IMG/VR virus record: IMGVR_UViG_2513020041_000001 | Span: 1 to 7,781 of that record | Source: a virus | Taxonomy: Monodnaviria; Loebvirae; Hofneiviricota; Faserviricetes; Tubulavirales | Strand: one strand, 5' to 3' | DNA: 7,781 nucleotides | In this document: positions 1 through 6,159 of the stretch, piece by piece | Layout: each line of letters starts with the position of its first letter | How positions within the stretch are numbered: the first letter of the stretch is position 1 | Position numbers and translations under genes: made by a program | Notes under the pieces: model-generated | Seen by the model: the letters and a program-made list of their open reading frames with translations, nothing else | Databases searched by the model: none | What the model was told of the DNA's origin: nothing

Positions 1-1269
1 ATGACTCCAACCAGTTCCGATCTGGTCAGAAATGCCGCTGAGGGCTCAGGCGGCGCAGCCGCCCTAGGTAGTATTGCGAAATGTTCTTCCCCCCCCCCTC
101 CGAAGGCAATGAGGGCCCAAAGATACCAAGCTCTTTCTCAGGCTCGGATCTGGTTAAAACCCTTGGCTGTCAAGGATCCCACCAAGCCTTACGGGTGGAA
201 ATTGCACCGCACGCAAGACTGCCGCTATAAGCGGATCGGCATCGGCGTCACCGTGCATAAAGACATCAAGCATCAGACCGCTTTTTACGGCGATGTAGCC
301 ACCTGTGGCTCCGTGTGGGCTTGTACCGTGTGCTCGGCAAAAATTCAGACTCGTCGACGTCCAGAGGTACAGCAGCTGGTCGATTGGGCTTACGAGAACG
401 ACTATCAGGTCACCATGATTACGTTCACGTTCCCGCATCTGGCATTTGATCGCCTGAAGGAACTGCTCGATGGCCAGAAACGCGCCTTTGAGATCCTCCG
501 CGGCGGTAGCCCATGGGTGAAGTTCAAGCAGCGTCACGGCCTTATCGGCTTTGTGCGCTCTCTGGAGGTCACTCACGGCGATAACGGCTGGCATCCTCAC
601 ACCCATGAGCTTTGGATCACCAAGGGGCTCACAGCCACGAATATGGCCACTTTCGAGAGCGGTATCCGCAAGCGGTGGCGGACTTCCTGCATCCAAGCTG
701 GTTTGCTCGATGAAACCTCGAAGGCGCAACTGTTCGCGTTCGATCTGCACTCGGTCGATTTTCAGTTTCAGGTGTCCACCTCTGACTACCTCGTCAAGAT
801 GGATAACGCGCGCAAATGGGGTGTCGATGCTGAGATGACGGCTCAAGCGTCAAAGGTTGGTGGTGATCGCGTCACGAAGACCATTCACCCCCATGAATTC
901 CTGATGCGTCGCGCACCTGGTGATGATGCCCGCTACCGCGAATACGTAACGGGCATGCATGGGAAAAGCCAGCTGTTCTGGTCTCAGCGCCTAAAAGACG
1001 CCTGCGGCGTAGAGCATGTGACTGACGAAGAGATTGCCAAGGAACAAACCGAAAAAGCGGATCTGCTAGCTCACCTGACCGACAGTCAATGGCGTGTCGT
1101 TCGTGGAAACGATGCCCTTGCTGAAGTGCTCGATGCTGCCGAGCTTGGTGGCTGGCCTGCTATCCGCTCCCTGCTGAAATCGCTTGGCTGCGAGATTCTC
1201 GAGACGGATTGTCATGATCCATTTTTCGAGGTCAATCGTGTTCTTTTCGCTCCAGACGAGCAGGTCTAG
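1..1269 (+). CDS. Rolling-circle replication initiator (HUH endonuclease, gII/RstA-like Rep), 422 aa
   Basis: Long ORF with the three HUH motifs in canonical order: motif 1 MITFTFP (nt ~415-435), motif 2 GWHPHTHELWI (nt ~589-621), motif 3 SDYLVKM with catalytic Tyr and Lys three residues on (nt ~784-801). It is the first gene of the unit, upstream of the ssb and coat genes as in filamentous phages. The N-terminal 36 aa are low-complexity (Ser/Gly/Ala/Pro) and include the C10 tract; the true start could be the internal Met at nt 109. Confidence 0.8.
   Translation: MTPTSSDLVRNAAEGSGGAAALGSIAKCSSPPPPKAMRAQRYQALSQARIWLKPLAVKDPTKPYGWKLHRTQDCRYKRIGIGVTVHKDIKHQTAFYGDVATCGSVWACTVCSAKIQTRRRPEVQQLVDWAYENDYQVTMITFTFPHLAFDRLKELLDGQKRAFEILRGGSPWVKFKQRHGLIGFVRSLEVTHGDNGWHPHTHELWITKGLTATNMATFESGIRKRWRTSCIQAGLLDETSKAQLFAFDLHSVDFQFQVSTSDYLVKMDNARKWGVDAEMTAQASKVGGDRVTKTIHPHEFLMRRAPGDDARYREYVTGMHGKSQLFWSQRLKDACGVEHVTDEEIAKEQTEKADLLAHLTDSQWRVVRGNDALAEVLDAAELGGWPAIRSLLKSLGCEILETDCHDPFFEVNRVLFAPDEQV
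1..1269. repeat. Direct repeat copy 1 (identical to 6513-7781): terminal redundancy of a 6512-bp unit
   Basis: Sequence 1-1269 matches 6513-7781 base for base on inspection, and the ORF track gives identical 422-aa translations and identical embedded ORFs for both copies. Confidence 0.95.
89..98 (+). repeat. C10 homopolymer tract in the 5' end of rep (encodes SSPPPP); second copy at 6601-6610
   Basis: Ten consecutive C residues counted at 89-98 and again at 6601-6610. Confidence 0.9.
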
Positions 1270-1426
1270 CAGCAGTTCTTTCGAGGACTTCGTCATATCG
1301 TTTGCTCCTTTCCAGCAGGTATTCCAATGCCTGCGTATGCGTGCAGTCCATCTCAACCTCAAGCATTTTGAGTTGAGTCCAGACTTCCTTTGAAACCGAG
1401 ATGTTTTTAAGCCGATCAGTGGCCAT
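1232..1426 (-). CDS. Ribbon-helix-helix (CopG/Arc-like) transcriptional regulator, 64 aa
   Basis: Minus-strand ORF MATDRLKNISVSKEVWTQLKMLEVEMDCTHTQALEYLLERSKRYDEVLERTAARPARLERKEHD. It has the RHH pattern of a short N-terminal beta-strand with alternating hydrophobics (RLKNISVS) followed by two helices (WTQLKMLEVEM, THTQALEYLLER), closely resembling CopG-type repressors. ATG is the rc of 1424-1426, with GGAG about 10 nt upstream on the minus strand. It is convergent with rep (38-bp 3' overlap) and divergent from the ssb gene. Confidence 0.55.
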   Translation of the reverse strand: MATDRLKNISVSKEVWTQLKMLEVEMDCTHTQALEYLLERSKRYDEVLERTAARPARLERKEHD

Positions 1427-1465
1427 GGGCCATTATCTCCATTTTTGTCCGATGAGTGGTGCGCA

Positions 1466-1571
1466 ACCCGACCAACGATCCGTAAAGGTCGGGTATTGAC
1501 CGGGTGTGTATTCGTGTTATCGTGTTTTCGTGTTGACGAACCATTCCCTTACACGATCCCGCGAAAACACG
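1466..1571. promoter_or_regulatory. Divergent regulatory region between the minus-strand RHH gene and ssb: hairpin, CGTGTT repeats, 10-bp inverted repeat
   Basis: 8-bp stem acccgacc (1466-1473) / ggtcgggt (1487-1494). Three CGTGTT direct repeats at 8-bp period (1513-1518, 1521-1526, 1529-1534). Perfect 10-bp inverted repeat cgtgttttcg (1521-1530) / cgaaaacacg (1562-1571) bracketing -35-like ttgacg (1533-1538), ending just before the ssb RBS aaagga (1575-1580). Confidence 0.4.
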
Positions 1572-1588
1572 CGAAAGGATACAACTCC

Positions 1589-1861
1589 ATGTCAGAAAAT
1601 ATCGTCGCAACCATTGAATTTACCGGCCTGAACAAGACCGGCACTTCCATGAAGTCCGGCACACCTAAGCCATGGTGGCGGCTTGGCGCGTACGTGAAAG
1701 TCCCCGGCCTGCTCCATCCGCAAGCTATCGAATTTTTCACCTCGGAAGTGACTCAGGTTCAGCCTGCAGGCAAGTACGAGGCTCCCTGCATCACTCGAAT
1801 TCAGGACGGAAAAATCACTGTTGAGCCTGATCTTTCTCAGCTCAAAGCGGTTCGCGCCTGA
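1589..1861 (+). CDS. ssDNA-binding protein (gV-like), 90 aa
   Basis: ATG at 1589 preceded by RBS aaagga (1575-1580). Small (90 aa) basic/aromatic-containing protein placed between rep and the major coat gene, the canonical gV position. The ORF-track extension back to 1445 lacks an RBS and overlaps the regulatory repeats. Confidence 0.6.
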   Translation: MSENIVATIEFTGLNKTGTSMKSGTPKPWWRLGAYVKVPGLLHPQAIEFFTSEVTQVQPAGKYEAPCITRIQDGKITVEPDLSQLKAVRA

Positions 1862-1965
1862 TGCCAGCGCTTGCTGATATGCCCGAGCTGGTATCAGCGA
1901 TCGTGCTTCTGTGGGCCACAGCTTGGTGCCTTAAACAAATACTTAATGCCATCAAAAAATTGTGA
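1861..1965 (+). CDS. Small hydrophobic protein, 34 aa (pVII/pIX-like minor coat candidate)
   Basis: ATG at 1861 overlaps the ssb stop (tgATG). Encodes MPALADMPELVSAIVLLWATAWCLKQILNAIKKL with a single hydrophobic helix, and ends 8 nt before the major coat start. Size and position match pVII/pIX of Ff-type phages. No own SD, so translational coupling would be required. Confidence 0.35.
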   Translation: MPALADMPELVSAIVLLWATAWCLKQILNAIKKL

Positions 1966-1972
1966 GGATCAC

Positions 1973-2230
1973 ATGCAAAAAGCTCTGTTTGTTCGCGCTG
2001 GAAATACTTGGTTCCGTCGCTCTGCAACTGTTGCCACTGGTGCGGCAATCATGATCGCTTCCGGTCTCGCTTCTGCTGCTGGTGAGACTCCTGAAGGCGG
2101 TGTCGACTCGGCGGCTGTCGTCGATCTGATCAAGGCTGCCGGTGTGACTGTCGGTGTTGTAGGTGTTGCTTGTATGGGTGTCTACCTGGCGCTGAAAGGC
2201 TTCCAGTGGGCTCGCTCCGCGATCAAGTAA
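1973..2230 (+). CDS. Major coat protein precursor (pVIII-like), 85 aa
   Basis: ATG at 1973 with RBS gagga (1964-1968). N-terminal signal-like segment ending ...ASGLASA, then a mature part with acidic N-terminus (ETPEGGVDSAAVVD), hydrophobic core (AAGVTVGVVGVACMGVYLAL) and basic C-terminus (KGFQWARSAIK), which is the defining pVIII architecture. Followed immediately by a strong intrinsic terminator. Confidence 0.8.
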   Translation: MQKALFVRAGNTWFRRSATVATGAAIMIASGLASAAGETPEGGVDSAAVVDLIKAAGVTVGVVGVACMGVYLALKGFQWARSAIK

Positions 2231-2241
2231 AGGGCGTACTC

Positions 2242-2276
2242 GCTCACTAGGGGGCTCAGTGAGCTCCCTTTTTTTT
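2242..2276 (+). terminator. Rho-independent terminator after the major coat gene
   Basis: Stem gctcact (2242-2248) / agtgagc (2258-2264) with a 9-nt GC-rich loop, followed by tccc and a T8 run (2269-2276). Confidence 0.7.
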
Positions 2277-2310
2277 GAGAATTTCCTATGGAAACTACGC
2301 AGGCGATCTT

Positions 2311-3459
2311 ATGGAACATAGAGCCATCCTTGGTTTACTTGTTGGCGGTTTGTGGTGCGTTCTGGATTCTTTTTCGCAGCTAGCTTCTGCGGCAGTTGAA
2401 ATTAACGTTGTACCTTTAGCAAATGGTACCTATGGCAAAGTTGTTGGCATTACAAATATTTCGCCATCAGGAAGCGCTACCGCCGTTGTTCAAGCTAAAG
2501 ATAAATTCGGTAATCTGGTTAATCGCTCTAGGACGCTTACCGCTAATCCGGCCAAATATGGCGCTTGGGCGCGTACTGCTATGCGCAGGATTCCCGCCGT
2601 TCAAATTGCCTTAGCTGCTGCTGCTGTTGCTGCTGGTTATTTGGTTACTCAAACTACTGATGAGTTTGGACAGGTAGGTTACGATATTTATAAACCCGGC
2701 TCTTCTTTGCCCGGGCTTGATGTTGAATGTCCTACTAACTCTGTATCTGTGCCTAATCCATCTGGTGTTGGCAACGTTCAGGCTTTTATCCCTACACCTT
2801 GCTATAACACTCGTTATTCAAACTACAGAGAATATTGGACTACTGAGCCATCTGCCGAACTGCAAGTGTGGGCTGGCTCAAATAGCCCTAATGTAGTCAC
2901 TCGTTGGCAATCTACATCTGTATCAATTCCACCCACACAGAAGCCTACGTATATTTATAAGCGCGGCATTAGCGCATCAAATCCTGAGAATAAACCTACT
3001 GTTCAGCGTGTTCCTGCTACAGATAGTGATTTAACTACTTGGGGTTTTCAGTCCCCTGACTCTGTTCAAGAAGCACCTGGGAAATTTCCAGATGTTTGGA
3101 ATCCCCTCCCGTGGGAAGAAACCGCTTCTGATGATGAGGTTGTTAACCCTCCGACTCAGCCCGGAGAAAGCACAGAAGATCCTGATTACGACCCCTGCGA
3201 AGGAGATTGTGCTGATTCTTCCGACCTCGATCATTCGGTTTTAGACCTCTCTTCATATCTCAAATGGGGGGAGGGCTGGATGCCTAGGCAGTGTCCCGCA
3301 CCGGTGCTTATTTACCAGTTCAACAACACGCCGGATGGGCAAGGTTGGTTCGATTTCTCTTACATATGCAGCGTTATGACTGATTTTGTATCCCCGTTCA
3401 TGCGAATTGCTGGCTTGTTCTTTTTCGTCCGCATTGTTGTAGGAGGTATGCGTGAATAG
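2311..3459 (+). CDS. Minor coat / adsorption protein (pIII-like), about 382 aa
   Basis: First gene after the coat terminator. N-terminal signal-like hydrophobic segment (MEHRAILGLLVGGLWCVLDSFSQLASA), an acidic Pro/Asp/Glu-rich linker (EETASDDEVVNPPTQPGESTEDPDYDP), Cys pairs and a C-terminal hydrophobic anchor (FMRIAGLFFFVRIVVGG). The ORF-track start at 2275 is a TTG inside the terminator T-run; ATG 2311 is preferred, but the start is uncertain. Confidence 0.6.
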   Translation: MEHRAILGLLVGGLWCVLDSFSQLASAAVEINVVPLANGTYGKVVGITNISPSGSATAVVQAKDKFGNLVNRSRTLTANPAKYGAWARTAMRRIPAVQIALAAAAVAAGYLVTQTTDEFGQVGYDIYKPGSSLPGLDVECPTNSVSVPNPSGVGNVQAFIPTPCYNTRYSNYREYWTTEPSAELQVWAGSNSPNVVTRWQSTSVSIPPTQKPTYIYKRGISASNPENKPTVQRVPATDSDLTTWGFQSPDSVQEAPGKFPDVWNPLPWEETASDDEVVNPPTQPGESTEDPDYDPCEGDCADSSDLDHSVLDLSSYLKWGEGWMPRQCPAPVLIYQFNNTPDGQGWFDFSYICSVMTDFVSPFMRIAGLFFFVRIVVGGMRE

Positions 3460-3739
3460 CTTGCTTAAGATTTTTGGCGTTGAATCAATCCGACACCTGG
3501 TCATCAAGACAATTTCCAGTCTCGGTATTGGGGTGATGAGCTATCAGGGACTTAATATTTTGCTTGGTATGATCACTGATCAAGTCATGCAAAACTTTAA
3601 CTCTTTGCCTGTGTCTGTTCTTTCCATCATGGGACTTGGCGGTCTCGATCACTTTATCAATATTGTTCTTTCAGCTTATTCGGCCCGCTTTGCCATGGCA
3701 TCCATTAAGAAATTTAGAATGATGGGCGCTGCTACATGA
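3452..3739 (+). CDS. Minor coat / membrane protein (pVI-like), 95 aa
   Basis: GTG start at 3452 with strong RBS aggagg (3441-3446), overlapping the pIII stop. The product is highly hydrophobic with multiple predicted TM segments; size and position (between pIII and pI) match gVI. Confidence 0.55.
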   Translation: MNSLLKIFGVESIRHLVIKTISSLGIGVMSYQGLNILLGMITDQVMQNFNSLPVSVLSIMGLGGLDHFINIVLSAYSARFAMASIKKFRMMGAAT

Positions 3740-4638
3740 TTCATTTAATTACCGGCGCACCTGGAACGGGAAAATCTCTGCTTGCTGTAGAGATTATTTT
3801 GGATAATTCATTATCTGAAAATCCGCGGCCTATTTTTTCCAACATCAACGGTTTGGACTTTGAGAAGCTGCGCTGCTTTCCTCTTGATAATCCTGAGGAG
3901 TGGCATACCTATCCAGTTGGTTCGCTGCTGGTAATTGATGAATGCCAACGCTATTTCCCACCTCGACCGAACGGGAGCAAGGTTCCGCAGAACATTGCAG
4001 AATTTGAAACCCATAGACACCATGGCCTTGACATCATTCTGTTAACTCAACATCCAACGTTTATTGATGCCAATATCAGAAAGCTTGTTGATCGTCATCA
4101 GCATGGGTTTCGTCCTTTTGGTAAAAAACGTCGGACTCTTCTGGAGTGGACAGGTTGCAATGACAATCCTGAGCCTGCGAAGAATGAATCTAATTCCTTG
4201 CAGAAGCGTAAGCCTTTTGATCCAAAGCTTTTTCAATATTACAAAAGTTCATCTCAGCATACTGATAAGGACCGTACGCCTTGGGCTAAAGTTCTTTTTC
4301 CTTTTGTTATGTTGGTTTTGGTTGTAGTTGCTTTCGGATTTGCATTTTATCGCTTAAGTCCGTCAAAGCCTGAATCGGTTAATTCTAAATTTGATAATTC
4401 AGTTAAAACGGTTGATAAACAGGCAGTCATTCCTACTGCTTCTTATGTAGGTTTTTTCCGTTCTGACAATGGCTTGCCTGCAACAGTGCTTGTTAAGGAC
4501 GGTTCAAATGGTTTCTACCGCGTTGATTATGATTCTTGGAATGTTGCCGGACCTCAGGTGAGCTTTTTTAAGGCAGATTCAACAACGCCCGTGCTTCGGG
4601 TTTCTTCATTAATTTTGGCAAAACTTATACAGGAGTAG
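3736..4638 (+). CDS. Zonula occludens toxin-like assembly ATPase (pI/Zot family), 300 aa
   Basis: ATG 3736 overlaps the upstream stop (ATGA). N-terminal Walker A GAPGTGKS, Walker B-like LLVIDECQ, an internal TM helix (VLFPFVMLVLVVVAFGFAFY) and a C-terminal periplasmic domain, which is the Zot/pI architecture. Confidence 0.8.
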   Translation: MIHLITGAPGTGKSLLAVEIILDNSLSENPRPIFSNINGLDFEKLRCFPLDNPEEWHTYPVGSLLVIDECQRYFPPRPNGSKVPQNIAEFETHRHHGLDIILLTQHPTFIDANIRKLVDRHQHGFRPFGKKRRTLLEWTGCNDNPEPAKNESNSLQKRKPFDPKLFQYYKSSSQHTDKDRTPWAKVLFPFVMLVLVVVAFGFAFYRLSPSKPESVNSKFDNSVKTVDKQAVIPTASYVGFFRSDNGLPATVLVKDGSNGFYRVDYDSWNVAGPQVSFFKADSTTPVLRVSSLILAKLIQE

Positions 4639-4681
4639 ACGGGGGAGGCGGGCGCTTGCGCACGACGCGCACGTCTACTCC
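4632..4681. promoter_or_regulatory. GC-rich nested inverted repeat spanning the Zot stop codon, upstream of the secretin gene
   Basis: Perfect 10-bp inverted repeat ggagtagacg (4632-4641) / cgtctactcc (4672-4681) enclosing an inner hairpin tgcgc (4657-4661) / gcgca (4667-4671). No T-run follows on either strand, so it is not a canonical intrinsic terminator. Confidence 0.4.
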
Positions 4682-4696
4682 AACCTGCTGACATTT

Positions 4697-5932
4697 ATGA
4701 AAAAACTGATCGCATTCACGTTTTTGATACTGTCTGGATTAGCTCACGCTGAAAACCTGACGCTTTCCTATGATCAAGTGCCCGTCACTCAGCTCCTAGT
4801 CGAAACCTACCGTAATCGACTTGAGAAATCATATGTCATTGACCCCAGCGTTGTTTCCAACAACAGTCTTGTTTCTATTAATGTTCGCGATCTTCCAATT
4901 GAGAGATTGGAATCTACTGTTGATAGCATCCTTAAAACTGCTGGTATCAATAAGGTAGTTGGTTCCGATGGGCTCATTCTTTTCAGCGCTCGCTCATATG
5001 ATTATGCAAACTCTCTCCCTCCCGTTCCAGCTTCTGTTGCTTCTCCTGGTATGGCATCGCTAGGCGCTGATCTTCCACCGGATATCCCTCTTCAAAATGG
5101 GAGTATTCCGGATAACTTCACCATTTTTCTTGCTCATAATCGGCCAACTTCTTTTTTACAGCCAATTGCCAATAAATTGCTTGGTACCAATTACGAACCT
5201 TCCGACCAGGTGTTTTTGTCGGGGGATGCCAAGCAGGTTGAAAAAGTGCGGTTCATCCTGGAGCAGCTCGACACCGCTCCGAATGAAATCATGGCTCAGG
5301 CTGTTGTTCTCGAGTTCTCAACCCAGCGTGTGAAAGGGTCCAGTTTTGAGATGGCAATCTCTGCTTTGTCCGGCCACCTTAAAATCGGTGTTGATTCCTT
5401 GCTCCCTGCCGGTGGGAATTTCATCAAGTGGTCTTCCACGGATCTGACTGCCGTCCTTTCTGCCGTATCCGGTGATTCTCGTTTTCATGTTGTTTCGACT
5501 CCAACGCTGCGCGTTGTTAGTGGTGGTACTGGTCGCCTGTTGGTTGGTCAGGAAGTGCCTACCCTGTCGTCTTCGTCTCTCGATAATTCAGGCAATGCGG
5601 TGCAGTCGATTGAGTACCGATCCGCAGGTGTGATCATGGAGCTGAAGCCCACCATTCTCCGTAATCGTATTGACCTGGAGCTGAATCAACAGATTTCCGA
5701 TTTCGCTCAAAACAATCTTTCTGGCATCGATTCTCCGACGCTGACTAAGCGTGAGTTGACCACCAAAATTTCGGCCCAGCCGGGGGAGCTGATTGTGCTT
5801 GGCGGGCTCGATCAGACGAAAAAAACAGATCAGAGCCGAGGCCTGTCGTTCCTTCCGTCCTTCATGGGCGGTAGCTCTTCAACTGACGCAGATACCCAGA
5901 TCCTGCTGGTTTTGCAGGTAACGAAAATATAG
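4697..5932 (+). CDS. Secretin (pIV/GspD-like outer-membrane export channel), 411 aa
   Basis: N-terminal signal peptide MKKLIAFTFLILSGLAHA. The C-terminal half carries secretin-domain signatures (VVSTPTLRVVSGGTGRLLVGQEVP, EYRSAGVIMELKPTI, GELIVLGGLDQTKKTDQSRGLSFLPSFMG, TQILLVLQVTKI) matching the conserved pattern of phage pIV and T2SS GspD. Confidence 0.8.
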   Translation: MKKLIAFTFLILSGLAHAENLTLSYDQVPVTQLLVETYRNRLEKSYVIDPSVVSNNSLVSINVRDLPIERLESTVDSILKTAGINKVVGSDGLILFSARSYDYANSLPPVPASVASPGMASLGADLPPDIPLQNGSIPDNFTIFLAHNRPTSFLQPIANKLLGTNYEPSDQVFLSGDAKQVEKVRFILEQLDTAPNEIMAQAVVLEFSTQRVKGSSFEMAISALSGHLKIGVDSLLPAGGNFIKWSSTDLTAVLSAVSGDSRFHVVSTPTLRVVSGGTGRLLVGQEVPTLSSSSLDNSGNAVQSIEYRSAGVIMELKPTILRNRIDLELNQQISDFAQNNLSGIDSPTLTKRELTTKISAQPGELIVLGGLDQTKKTDQSRGLSFLPSFMGGSSSTDADTQILLVLQVTKI

Positions 5933-5933
5933 C

Positions 5934-5961
5934 TTTACACGGTAATTACCGGGTCTATACT
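5934..5961 (+). promoter_or_regulatory. Candidate sigma70 promoter with an embedded 12-bp perfect palindrome (operator)
   Basis: -35-like tttaca (5934-5939) and -10-like tatact (5956-5961) with a 16-bp spacer; the perfect palindrome cggtaattaccg (5940-5951) lies in the spacer. It is followed by RBS aaggagg (5974-5980) and ATG 5989. Confidence 0.45.
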
Positions 5962-5988
5962 GGAGCCATATCAAAGGAGGCCGCTACC

Positions 5989-6159
5989 ATGGCAAATCAA
6001 TCCGCATCATCCGAAAAAATGCTTAACGTGAAGGTTCCCGAGGATCTCAAGCAGTCTTTTACGCTGGCTGTTGGGGCTCAAGATCAGACCGTTTCCCATG
6101 TCATCCGCGACTTCATGCGCAAATATGTCGCCCAACATGGTCAGGGGAAGCTGCTGTGA
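5989..6159 (+). CDS. Ribbon-helix-helix DNA-binding protein, 56 aa (absent from the ORF track)
   Basis: ATG 5989 with near-consensus SD aaggagg 8 nt upstream, stop TGA 6157-6159. Translation MANQSASSEKMLNVKVPEDLKQSFTLAVGAQDQTVSHVIRDFMRKYVAQHGQGKLL shows a beta-strand (LNVKV), helix A (PEDLKQSFTLAVGA) and helix B (QTVSHVIRDFMRKYV), the RHH fold pattern. Confidence 0.6.
   Translation: MANQSASSEKMLNVKVPEDLKQSFTLAVGAQDQTVSHVIRDFMRKYVAQHGQGKLL

Noticed and set aside
551-838. 95-aa + strand ORF in an alternative frame inside rep (copy at 7063-7350)
   Set aside because: Out-of-frame overlap with rep; Arg/Ser/Cys-rich low-complexity translation typical of an off-frame reading of GC-rich DNA.
154-846. 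230-aa ORF on the minus strand antisense to rep (and its copy at 6666-7358)
   Set aside because: It lies entirely inside the well-supported rep gene on the opposite strand, has no recognisable motifs or RBS, and is the kind of shadow ORF expected opposite a GC-rich coding region.
1066-1393. 98-aa minus-strand and 69-aa plus-strand ORFs overlapping the rep 3' end
   Set aside because: No RBS and poor protein-like character. The 64-aa minus-strand RHH ORF (1232-1426) explains coding potential in this region far better.
1445-1588. N-terminal extension of the ssb ORF back to 1445 (138-aa version)
   Set aside because: The extension has no RBS, is Cys/Arg-rich, and overlaps the repeat-dense regulatory region. 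The internal ATG at 1589 has a good SD and gives a gV-sized protein.
2275-2310. TTG start at 2275 for the pIII-like gene, as in the ORF track
   Set aside because: The TTG lies inside the T8 run of the coat-gene terminator. ATG 2311 begins a signal-peptide-like segment and is preferred, though the exact start is still uncertain.
2423-2614. Short alternative-frame ORFs inside pIII, Zot and secretin (2423-2614, 3031-3234, 3811-4023, 4042-4236, 4064-4327, 5097-5333)
   Set aside because: All are embedded out of frame, or on the opposite strand, within long genes that have clear family signatures. They have no RBS or motifs.
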